In this document: positions 19,168 through 27,003 of the stretch, one piece after another
Position numbering within the stretch: position 1 is the first letter of the stretch
Layout of the letters: each line of letters starts with the position of its first letter
Assembly: GCA_018303265.1 (NCBI GenBank)
Contig: JAGVYN010000014.1
Location: forward strand, 1 to 56,760
Reading direction: 5' to 3'
Origin: Candidatus Woesearchaeota archaeon
GTDB taxonomy: Archaea > Nanobdellota > Nanobdellia > Woesearchaeales > GW2011-AR9
Length of the DNA: 56,760 nt
Translations under genes and position numbers: made by a program
Notes under the pieces: model-generated
What the model was told of the DNA's origin: nothing
Databases searched by the model: none
The model's input: the letters and a program-made list of their open reading frames with translations, nothing else

Positions 19168-20109
19168 ATGAATGCTGAACAAAATCAAGTGAATTCAATG
19201 GAAGAGTTTGTGAGACGGTACGGTCACGTTTCTCTGGGAGGAAGTGCTCTTGGAAACCGGAATCAGCTTACTCTTAGTGCTCGTGTCGAGAGAAGCTCTG
19301 GAGATATTGGAGCACAAGCAAGGGAAGATTTTTTTAAAATTCATGATGGATTTGAACGAGCTAATTCCCTCTATCAAAATTTTCAGCGTGCATATTCCCC
19401 CATCAATGGAGCATTAGAACCTGAACAGGTGCGTAATCTCTATGCAATCCTAGAAGAGATGAGGGAAACAGGCATTGGAGATATAGAGGGAATCTTTAGA
19501 CCACTTGAGATGGCAGAAGCTGATGTTCATCGAAGGTTAAGCAGACCATTACAAGCAAGTGCAGTACCCTATTTTATGTTTCCAGAAGAAGTTAGTGAAA
19601 CCTATCGAAACAGACTCTTACCTATTTTTTCTCAATTACCTAGAGTTGGTTGGGAAGAACAATACGAAGTAAGCGAGGTGCCAGAAGAATATTTATGGGA
19701 TCTTCATGTACAACCAAGAGATTTTTTCAACAGATTTTTTTCAATACTCCGTTTAGAAAGTCTTGCAGGAGATGTGAATGACAATATTACAACATATGAA
19801 TATGCTCGAGCATGGAATTGTGAACAGCAATATTCGGAACACGTTGTAGAATCGCTATTCGCTGAAGGTGCTGCGGAAGTGCTTCGACAAAGGCATCCAG
19901 ACTTAAACATTGTAGTTGCTCTTCCATCGTTGCAGAATTTTAGAAGGTCGTTGCCATCAGAGTTACAACCAGCTGAAATGTTTGATCTTGCTCCATTAGG
20001 AGATTTACGGCAAAGCCTGCAACGTCTTAGTTTGGCTTATGAAGCTCCGCTTTTTGTGACCTATATAGAGGAAGCGAACGAAAGAGCAGAGACAATACGA
20101 AATAGCTGA
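19168..20109 (+). CDS. Hypothetical protein, 313 aa
   Basis: Clean ORF with a GGAAGGAGGT SD. Its composition (R/Q/E-rich, few K) differs from the neighbouring K-rich proteins. Confidence 0.55.
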   Translation: MNAEQNQVNSMEEFVRRYGHVSLGGSALGNRNQLTLSARVERSSGDIGAQAREDFFKIHDGFERANSLYQNFQRAYSPINGALEPEQVRNLYAILEEMRETGIGDIEGIFRPLEMAEADVHRRLSRPLQASAVPYFMFPEEVSETYRNRLLPIFSQLPRVGWEEQYEVSEVPEEYLWDLHVQPRDFFNRFFSILRLESLAGDVNDNITTYEYARAWNCEQQYSEHVVESLFAEGAAEVLRQRHPDLNIVVALPSLQNFRRSLPSELQPAEMFDLAPLGDLRQSLQRLSLAYEAPLFVTYIEEANERAETIRNS

Positions 20110-20131
20110 TTAAATCAAAGGAGAGAATAAA

Positions 20132-20554
20132 ATGACAAAGTCAATTCCAAACGTCAGTCCGATAGAAGAAATTGAGCAGAGATATGAAAATCTCCATCAA
20201 AGTATTCAACGGCGACTTACAGACCATTATAACCGTTGGTTAAGTCTGCACTTAGTAGCTTATGGTAATGATTGGCAAAGAGAAGATGCTTTAGGGAGGA
20301 TAAATGACAGAATTAGCAACGGCAGACCAGCTTTTCCAGTTACGCCAACAATAGAGGATTTTGTTAAAAGAGAGAGGAATAAGTTTTCTGAATCAGATAG
20401 GATACATTTAAGAGAATTGCAAAGCTTACGTGATTATGCAAATGAACAAGCTGAAAGAGGAATACCACGTGATGAAGCGCAATTAGCCTATGGCTCTCTT
20501 GTAATAATGTTATACGGCAGTCATGGGAAAAACTTGATAGCGTCTGAGAAATAG
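20132..20554 (+). CDS. Hypothetical protein, 140 aa
   Basis: AAAGGAGAG SD, 22 nt after the upstream stop, so probably one operon with 19168-20109. Confidence 0.55.
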   Translation: MTKSIPNVSPIEEIEQRYENLHQSIQRRLTDHYNRWLSLHLVAYGNDWQREDALGRINDRISNGRPAFPVTPTIEDFVKRERNKFSESDRIHLRELQSLRDYANEQAERGIPRDEAQLAYGSLVIMLYGSHGKNLIASEK

Positions 20555-20711
20555 TTTTTTACAGCGACCCCCCCGTTAGTGTAAAGTACCAGAAAATTTG
20601 GACGAAGCGTTATAAAACGACTACGCGTTTTAAACTTTCCTAAGCGGAAAGAAACGGAGTTGCTAAACGCATGTTTACCTCAAATCTATTTTTGAAATGA
20701 AGCAGAATAAA

Positions 20712-20737
20712 TAAAAAAACCGAGCCAAACGGCTCGG
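20712..20737 (-). terminator. Hairpin plus U-tract terminator (CCGAGCC-GUUU-GGCUCGG-UUUUUUU on the minus strand)
   Basis: Read directly. It lies 17 nt downstream of the 49-codon minus-strand ORF. Confidence 0.45.
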
Positions 20738-20753
20738 AAGAGGCAGGGTGTTT

Positions 20754-20903
20754 TCAGAAAGTTTTCAAAGAAAGAAGCGTCATGGGCGATGTGTTTTTAG
20801 GTAGTTTTGATATGTACTGTTTTTTGTACAACAAATAGACAATTTCGTCTGGCGTAAGCTCTGAAACAAAAGTATAGATGTCTTGCGGCAAGGGTCGCTG
20901 CAT
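20754..20903 (-). CDS. Small ORF, 49 aa (below the ORF-track cutoff)
   Basis: GAGGTGAT SD 4 nt before the ATG. Product MQRPLPQDIYTFVSELTPDEIVYLLYKKQYISKLPKNTSPMTLLSLKTF, followed by the hairpin terminator. Confidence 0.4.
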   Translation of the reverse strand: MQRPLPQDIYTFVSELTPDEIVYLLYKKQYISKLPKNTSPMTLLSLKTF

Positions 20904-21062
20904 GGATATCACCTCTCTTACATGAGCTTAAATCATTCGTTTATAAATCGCTTATGCAGGGCAACTCCAGAAGGGGGTTGTAGAAGAAACTACCATAACC
21001 TTTTTAAATAGATGAACTGATTTGTTACTCTCAAGTACAAAAAAATTAGCGAGGGGTTTTTC

Positions 21063-21770
21063 ATGTATCGTTTGTTTTTTACACCGGGTTGGTTTAATGG
21101 ATGGGACATCATATTTGATGCTGTTGGCTTACTGATTACTCTACTTATTGCTGCATACAGCTGGCGCATGTATCGGGTTAATGGGGATAATAAATTTGCC
21201 TATTTTTCATTCGCCTTTCTTTTGGTAGGATTAAGCTTTCTCGCGAAAATTGTGACCAGTGGGATCTTATATTACACTCCGGTGCGTGATGTCGCCGCTG
21301 ACGTGCTCCGCCCTGTTGCTGGACAAAGATTGGAATTATCGCAGCTTTTTTATCGAGCTGGATTCTTCCTGCAGATGGTAACCATGCTGGGCGGCTGGCT
21401 GTTGATATTTTTCATTTCCCAGAAATCACGAGCTCGCCTGCGCAAGTTTCATGAAGTAACGCAGATTGCCTTGTTTTTGTACCTGGTCCTGCTTATCTCT
21501 GTGGTCAGTAATTTCAAATATTTTGTCTTTTATCTCACAAGCGGGGTATTGTTAGGGCTCATCGTCTTGAATTATTATAAGAACTATCTGAATACAAACA
21601 GAAATGCCAATGCCTATAAAGTCATGTTGTCTTTCTTGTTTATCCTGATTGGCAACTTCTTTTTTATCTTTGTTTTTCTGGCACAAAGTTTTTACGTTAT
21701 CGGTGAACTATTCCTGCTGCTTGGTTTTCTCCTCCTGCTTTCAACATATCGTAAGGTGGTTCGAGCATAA
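21063..21770 (+). CDS. Integral membrane protein (about 6 TM), unknown function
   Basis: Hydrophobic helices throughout. Its stop overlaps the start of the next gene (ATAATG). Confidence 0.55.
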   Translation: MYRLFFTPGWFNGWDIIFDAVGLLITLLIAAYSWRMYRVNGDNKFAYFSFAFLLVGLSFLAKIVTSGILYYTPVRDVAADVLRPVAGQRLELSQLFYRAGFFLQMVTMLGGWLLIFFISQKSRARLRKFHEVTQIALFLYLVLLISVVSNFKYFVFYLTSGVLLGLIVLNYYKNYLNTNRNANAYKVMLSFLFILIGNFFFIFVFLAQSFYVIGELFLLLGFLLLLSTYRKVVRA

Positions 21771-22060
21771 TGGCATCACGCAGATCCCGGTTAGAACTTG
21801 TTTTTGACATTTTACTTGCTATCCAAAATAAAGGGGGAACAATCAAGCCTACACACTTGATGTACAAGTCCAATCTTTCCCATAAACTCCTGAATAATTA
21901 TCTGGAAGAATTACTGGGAAAAGGCATGGTTGTCGTTCAGGAAGAACCAGCCAAGAAAAAGAAGAAAGGATTGAAGAAAGTAGTTATTACGGAAAAAGGT
22001 CTTAATTTTCTTGCGGAGTTCAGGAGAATGCGCGAGTTTACGGATGCGTTTGGGTTGTGA
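21770..22060 (+). CDS. Small winged-helix DNA-binding protein (HTH_45-like)
   Basis: RSRLELVFDILLAIQNKGGTIKPTHLMYKSNLSHKLLNNYLEELLGKGMV matches the archaeal wHTH pattern. Translationally coupled to the membrane protein. Confidence 0.6.
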   Translation: MASRRSRLELVFDILLAIQNKGGTIKPTHLMYKSNLSHKLLNNYLEELLGKGMVVVQEEPAKKKKKGLKKVVITEKGLNFLAEFRRMREFTDAFGL

Positions 22061-22122
22061 TTTTTACATGTTTGATGTTTTGGTCAATGCTCTCTTTTTT
22101 ATAAGAGTATTTTCTTACATAT

Positions 22123-22154
22123 TTTTAATAAAATACTAAATTTTAATAAAATAC
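22123..22154 (+). promoter_or_regulatory. Tandem duplicated TATA-containing 14-mer TTTTAATAAAATAC (22123-22136 and 22141-22154) upstream of rnhB
   Basis: Read directly. The second copy ends 18 nt before the ATG at 22173. Confidence 0.35.
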
Positions 22155-22172
22155 GAAAACTAAAACATCCTC

Positions 22173-22841
22173 ATGAGCAAGATCATTGTCGGCGTGGATG
22201 AAGCCGGAAGGGGGCCGGTGTTAGGTTCTTTAGTCATGGCAGCGTTAGCTTTTAAAGAAGAAGACATACCAAAATTGGCATGGCTGGGAGTAAAAGATTC
22301 AAAACTGCTCAGTTCGCAAGCGCGGGAAGAACTCTTTGACCGCATCCGTGAACTTGTCCATGATTTCCGCATCGAAGTCATTGAACCGGATGCGATCGAT
22401 TTATCCTTGCAGGAAGAAGGAACAAATTTAAACTGGCTGGAAGCAGATACCTCTGCGCGGTTAGTGTCGGAGTTAGATCCTGATACTATTATTCTTGATT
22501 GCCCCAGCCCTAACCTTGCAGCGTATCGTGATTATGTTTCCCAGCGTTTACATTCTGCTGTGCAACAGAAGGCAACTCTCATTGTGGAACATAAAGCTGA
22601 TGTGAATCATCTTGTTGTCGCTGCTGCATCGATCATCGCCAAAGTCATCCGCGATCGTTCTGTAGAAAAAATAAAAGCTAAAATAGGCATAGATTTTGGC
22701 TCCGGATACATGAGCGATCCTAAAACAAAGGAATTTCTGGAACACCACCATAAAGATTATTCCCATCTCTTTCGCAAAGAATGGCAGTCGTTTAAGGATG
22801 TTGAAAAAAAGAAAAGGCAAAGGAAGTTAGCTGATTTTTAG
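22173..22841 (+). CDS. rnhB: Ribonuclease HII
   Basis: IVGVDEAGRGPVLGSLVMAA, GVKDSKLLS, ADVNHLVVAAASIIAKV, GSGYMSDPKT. Confidence 0.85.
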   Translation: MSKIIVGVDEAGRGPVLGSLVMAALAFKEEDIPKLAWLGVKDSKLLSSQAREELFDRIRELVHDFRIEVIEPDAIDLSLQEEGTNLNWLEADTSARLVSELDPDTIILDCPSPNLAAYRDYVSQRLHSAVQQKATLIVEHKADVNHLVVAAASIIAKVIRDRSVEKIKAKIGIDFGSGYMSDPKTKEFLEHHHKDYSHLFRKEWQSFKDVEKKKRQRKLADF

Positions 22842-22912
22842 GAATTTTTTTTTACTTCCTCTTAGGCAACATCCCCCACTATATTTAAAAATAGTATTGT
22901 CTATTCTAACAG

Positions 22913-23785
22913 ATGTTCGATTATATCCTTGGGTTTCTTGTTTTTTTATCGCTCTATAAGCATGTTAATTTATTTCTCATAAAGCGGCGCTTACGCCGTC
23001 GCGAGGAAGTAAAAATAATGGAAGGCGCGGAGCCCTTTTTCCTGGAAGCGAAAACAAAAAGGAAAAAGAACGTCGGCGCTTTATTGATCCATGGCTTTAC
23101 GGCAAGCCCTCACGAACTGAAAGAATTAGGCCACTATTTGCAGAAGCAAGGAATTACAGTCTATGCTCCTCTGTTATCGGGCCATGGAACCATTCCTGAA
23201 CAAATGTTATCGATCAAATATGAAACTTGGATCCATGATGTTGAAAAAGCTCTTACCGTCCTGGAGGGAAGCTGTGATGAAATTTATCTTGTCGGCAGTT
23301 CCTTTGGCGGAAATTTAGCGTTCCTTGTTGGAGAGAAGCAGAAAAAAGTGAAAGGAATAATTGCCTTGGCAACGCCGTTCATTTTTCGGCGGGAGAAAGT
23401 AGGTAAATTAGTCCTCTCTGGGCTTCGCCATATAAAATTATTTCAGAAGAAACGGTATCCAAAAAGAGTGCAGAACATATATGCAAAAGGACAACGCGTG
23501 GCGTATACTCAGGTGCCTTTATCTTCTCTTGTCCAGCTGCTGAAAGTGGTTAAAAATTCACGTGAAGTCTTACCAGAGATTACAAAACCAGTTTTATTAA
23601 TCCAATCAACCGATGATAATGTAGTATCCGAAGAAAGTGTTAATCAGGTTATTACACGAATTAGATCGCAGAAAAAGAAAGTGGTGTGGATCCCGCATTC
23701 CATCCATGTTTTTATCCTTGATGAGAAACGGCATATGGCATTTCACGAGATTAATTCATTCATCAAAAGGGTGCAGTCAAGTTAA
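22913..23785 (+). CDS. Alpha/beta hydrolase (esterase/lipase-like) with an N-terminal hydrophobic segment
   Basis: LLIHGFTASP oxyanion region, GSSFGG nucleophile elbow, late D and H (STDDNVV, IPHSIHV). Confidence 0.7.
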   Translation: MFDYILGFLVFLSLYKHVNLFLIKRRLRRREEVKIMEGAEPFFLEAKTKRKKNVGALLIHGFTASPHELKELGHYLQKQGITVYAPLLSGHGTIPEQMLSIKYETWIHDVEKALTVLEGSCDEIYLVGSSFGGNLAFLVGEKQKKVKGIIALATPFIFRREKVGKLVLSGLRHIKLFQKKRYPKRVQNIYAKGQRVAYTQVPLSSLVQLLKVVKNSREVLPEITKPVLLIQSTDDNVVSEESVNQVITRIRSQKKKVVWIPHSIHVFILDEKRHMAFHEINSFIKRVQSS

Positions 23786-23954
23786 TTATGTTAGCCGCCG
23801 CCTTGGCCAAGAGATGAGGAGCTAACTGCCATTGCTTGCATAAAGTTATTGTCCGATTTTCTCAAAAGAAATGTCCGTATCCCAGCAAAAACATTACCCA
23901 AAATCGGAGCGACGAACGGCCAAGGCGGCTAACACGGAGCTAGTGACTGCACCC
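23769..23954. other. 186-bp nested-helix element (MITE-like insertion or structured ncRNA) with flanking direct repeats
   Basis: Three nested inverted repeats: GGGTGCAGTCA/TGACTGCACCC; TTAGCCGCCGCCTTGGCC/GGCCAAGGCGGCTAA; TCCGATTTT/AAAATCGGA. Flanked by CATCAAAAGG (23761-23770) and CATCAAAGG (23954-23962). Confidence 0.4.
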
Positions 23955-23996
23955 ATCAAAGGAAAAGTTTAAATTCCTCAACTCTAGTATTTCATT

Positions 23997-24815
23997 ATGG
24001 TCGTATTTGAGAATGTTCAAAAAGAGGATATCAAAAAACTGAGTTCTAAAGGATTTTGTAGTTTGGAACCAAAAACAGTGTATGAAGAATTCCGCTGCAG
24101 CCACGAGGGTGTAACACTTATTCTTTACACCTCAGGAAAATTAGTATTGCAAGGCCAACAAGAGCAAGTAGAAAAAGTGGCAGAAAAGCTTCGAAAATTA
24201 AACATCGGATCAGAGATTAAACCCATTACTTTCAGGAAGGAAACAGGCTGGATCATCGGCAGTGATGAAGCATTAAAAGGGGATACCTTTGGCGGCCTGG
24301 TTGTTGCGGCCGTGAAGGCAGATGATGCCATCCGGGAGAAATTACGAGAATTAGGCGTGGCTGACAGCAAGAATCTGAGTGATGTGATCATTCTTCCTCT
24401 GGCGGAGAAAATCAAACAAATTGCTCCCTGCGAAGTGAAGAGTCTTCTGCCGGAAGAGTATAACAGAGAATGTACTAAGGAAGGAGACATCACCAAGCTG
24501 TTAAATATTCTGCATACAGAATGCGCCCGTTTCTTATTTCCAGGCAAACACATGGTAGATAAATATCCCGGATGCGCAGTCGGAGATGTCGCGGAAGAAA
24601 AAGCCGAATCAAAATATGTTGAAGTTGCGGCGGCCTCAGTATTGGCCAGAGCCGCAGCATTGAAACAGCTTGATTATCTCAGCCTGCAAGCGGGGTTTAC
24701 CCTTCCCAAAGGCAGCACGCATGTGAAATTGGCGTTGCATGAACTGCAGGAAAGAAAATTAGAATTCAGAAAATTTGTGAAAGTTCATTTTGCGAACGTA
24801 AAAGAATTTTTGTGA
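23997..24815 (+). CDS. rnhC: RNase HIII-like ribonuclease (TBP-like N-terminal domain + RNase H fold)
   Basis: N-terminal LILYTSGKLVLQGQ, catalytic-region IGSDEALKGDTFGGLVVAAV, VADSKNLSD. Confidence 0.6.
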   Translation: MVVFENVQKEDIKKLSSKGFCSLEPKTVYEEFRCSHEGVTLILYTSGKLVLQGQQEQVEKVAEKLRKLNIGSEIKPITFRKETGWIIGSDEALKGDTFGGLVVAAVKADDAIREKLRELGVADSKNLSDVIILPLAEKIKQIAPCEVKSLLPEEYNRECTKEGDITKLLNILHTECARFLFPGKHMVDKYPGCAVGDVAEEKAESKYVEVAAASVLARAAALKQLDYLSLQAGFTLPKGSTHVKLALHELQERKLEFRKFVKVHFANVKEFL

Positions 24816-24878
24816 ATCATTTTGTGATTAAGATAATATTTCACAATTCTTAAAAATAAAAGCAGTTTTGAGAAAAGG

Positions 24879-25571
24879 ATGGTATCTCAGAAGGAGAAGC
24901 AACAAACAACACAATTTATTTGTGACCGATTAGAAGATTCTGGGTTATATGTTGTTCAACGCAGAGAATTAGGACATCTTCTGGTTAAAGAAAAGAATGA
25001 TGTTGAGAAGCCGAAAACAATAGATGTCATTATTCCAAATTTTCTTGGACCGGTGAAAAATTATACAAAAGCTTTCCGCCAAAATGCAATTAATATAATT
25101 TATACAGCTCCAGTACTGCATAAAGATGGAGAAACTGCTTTTGTAAGGATGGTAGATACAAACATGTCCTGGAGAACGGACAAAAGCTTAAAACGATATT
25201 CTCCAGAAGAGATAAATCGAATGCTTCATTTGCGGAAAATTGAGAAAGAGGTTCTGGTATCTTTTGACAATCCTCTTACCTATTACCAACCTGAAACCGA
25301 TCGCCTGCCCCAGTCTCTGAGGCAATTTAAGTTAACACCGGTTCTTTTAGATTATAGCCATATTGGTCCAGAACATCATGGATACGATTTCGTTGAGGAT
25401 AGGGAATCAATAGATTACAAGTTGCCTCAAGGATCTGAATGCATCACTTCTGCGGTTAGATTCAATTATTATAAATACGATCCCTTGAGAGCAAGAATTA
25501 TCGCTGCGGATTATGACGGCGGGGTTCCCGTGAAAGTGGCGCCGAAAGGGCCAAAATGGACGTTGAGATAA
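24879..25571 (+). CDS. Hypothetical protein, 230 aa
   Basis: Clean ORF. No motif recognised. Confidence 0.5.
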   Translation: MVSQKEKQQTTQFICDRLEDSGLYVVQRRELGHLLVKEKNDVEKPKTIDVIIPNFLGPVKNYTKAFRQNAINIIYTAPVLHKDGETAFVRMVDTNMSWRTDKSLKRYSPEEINRMLHLRKIEKEVLVSFDNPLTYYQPETDRLPQSLRQFKLTPVLLDYSHIGPEHHGYDFVEDRESIDYKLPQGSECITSAVRFNYYKYDPLRARIIAADYDGGVPVKVAPKGPKWTLR

Positions 25572-25639
25572 GGAGTTCTTCTTGAGACCAATTAATAGGT
25601 TCTCACCAATTATTCCATTCCAAATTATCAAACCTATAC

Positions 25640-25649
25640 TTTTATAAAA
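25640..25649 (+). promoter_or_regulatory. TATA box TTTTATAAAA, ~25 nt upstream of the HIT gene ATG (leaderless configuration)
   Basis: The ACTTTTATAAAA core is also found upstream of polB. Confidence 0.4.
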
Positions 25650-25669
25650 TCCTCTCTTCTTTTCATTTT

Positions 25670-26413
25670 ATGGCGCAAGCAATGCCGCAACTTACAGAAG
25701 AGCAGCGGAAACAATTGGAAGAAAAACTGAGAAATATGTCTCCTGAAGAGTTGCGCGAATTCCAAAAACAGCAGTGCATTTTCTGTCAAATCATTTCAGG
25801 CAAAGTTCCCAGTAAAAAGATCTATGAAGATAACACCTGCCTCGCCGTTCTTGATATTAATCCCGCAACGAAAGGCCATCTCTTGCTTCTGCCAAAAGAG
25901 CATTACACGATCATGCCCCAGCTTCCCGATAAAGAGATAGGCCATCTATTTTCAGTTGCAAAAACTCTTTCCCAACTCCTTCTGAAAGCATTAAAAGTGA
26001 GCGGGACGACGGTCTTCATTGCGAACGGCTTAGCTGCCGGGCAGCGCGCGCAGCATTTCATGATCCATCTTATACCAAGAAAAGAAGGCGACGGCATTTT
26101 AGATTTCCAGGAAAAGCTGGTTGACGCCAAGATGCGACAGAAGGTGCGGGCTGCTATCGAAAATAAACTTAATGAAATCTTAGGCGTAAAAAAAGAAGTG
26201 GTGAACGTTCCTGAGAAGGAACCAAAACGGAACATTCCGGAAGATAAAGATACTGAGAATAATCAGCAAGAGAAGAATCAAGAGCAAAAGAACGATCAAG
26301 AACAGAAAAAAGAAAAAAAAGGGAAGCCGAAAAAAGAAGCATCACCAGAACCACCGGAAGAACCAGCAGAGGAAGATGTAAGCCTGGATGATATCGCTTC
26401 TTTGTTTAAATAA
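25670..26413 (+). CDS. HIT-family protein with a degenerate histidine triad and a K/E/Q-rich C-terminal tail
   Basis: CIFCQI zinc-knuckle-like start, NPATKGHLLLLPKEH. The triad region reads QHFMIHLIPR. Confidence 0.7.
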   Translation: MAQAMPQLTEEQRKQLEEKLRNMSPEELREFQKQQCIFCQIISGKVPSKKIYEDNTCLAVLDINPATKGHLLLLPKEHYTIMPQLPDKEIGHLFSVAKTLSQLLLKALKVSGTTVFIANGLAAGQRAQHFMIHLIPRKEGDGILDFQEKLVDAKMRQKVRAAIENKLNEILGVKKEVVNVPEKEPKRNIPEDKDTENNQQEKNQEQKNDQEQKKEKKGKPKKEASPEPPEEPAEEDVSLDDIASLFK

Positions 26414-26415
26414 AA

Positions 26416-26937
26416 ATGAAATGCGAATACTGTGAACTGTTGGAACGGAAGGAAGACCTTCTTTTCGAGGACGATACACTGGTAGTTGCTCTCAAAGACA
26501 GTATCATAACACCAGGGCAAATTACCATCTTTCCCAAACAACATTATACCATTATGGAGTTGGTGCCAACGGATGTTCTGGAAAAATGCGGCCGGATCGC
26601 GAAGAGCGTCAGCATTGCTGTTTTTGATGCCTTGGAAAGTCAAGGGACAAATGTTCTCATTCGGAACGGTCTCGGAGCCGGGCAAAACACGCCCCACTTC
26701 AGCATTGAAATCATTCCCCGGCGGGAGAATGACGGGCTTCATCTTGAATGGAAGACAAAACAGCTGATGGAAGATGAGATGGATATTATGTTTGCGCAGC
26801 TCACAGAAGAGTTATCTAAACCGAAAGAAGAATTGAAGCCAAAAGAGAAACCTGAAAAAGCTGTTCTCAAAGAGTCAAAAAAAGGAACATCAGAAGAAGA
26901 GAATTATTTGCTGAAATCATTGCGGCGTATTCCCTGA
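26416..26937 (+). CDS. HIT-like paralogue lacking the histidine triad
   Basis: CEYCELL..., TPGQITIFPKQH. The triad region reads PHFSIEIIPR. It starts 2 nt after the upstream stop. Confidence 0.65.
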   Translation: MKCEYCELLERKEDLLFEDDTLVVALKDSIITPGQITIFPKQHYTIMELVPTDVLEKCGRIAKSVSIAVFDALESQGTNVLIRNGLGAGQNTPHFSIEIIPRRENDGLHLEWKTKQLMEDEMDIMFAQLTEELSKPKEELKPKEKPEKAVLKESKKGTSEEENYLLKSLRRIP

Positions 26938-26971
26938 GGTCTGTTCTCCATCATAATTTTCCCACCATAAC

Positions 26972-26981
26972 TTTTATAAAA
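26972..26981 (+). promoter_or_regulatory. TATA box TTTTATAAAA, ~27 nt upstream of the polB ATG
   Basis: Read directly. No SD lies between it and the ATG at 27004. Confidence 0.4.
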
Positions 26982-27003
26982 CCACTTCTCTCTAGGGGTA
27001 ACT

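Noticed and set aside
20562-20900. 9-bp inverted repeat CAGCGACCC/GGGTCGCTG bracketing the small-ORF region as possible element termini
   Set aside because: A single 9-mer match at this distance is within chance expectation. There are no flanking duplications or longer terminal similarity.
23769-23954. Possibility that the nested-helix element is a minimal RNase P RNA or SRP RNA
   Set aside because: GCGACGAACGGCC...GGCUAAC vaguely recalls the ACAGAA...GGCUUA 3' region of RNase P RNA. There is no GGAAAGUCC-like CR-I, no P3 hairpin, and no SRP helix-8 GGAA/AGCA motifs.
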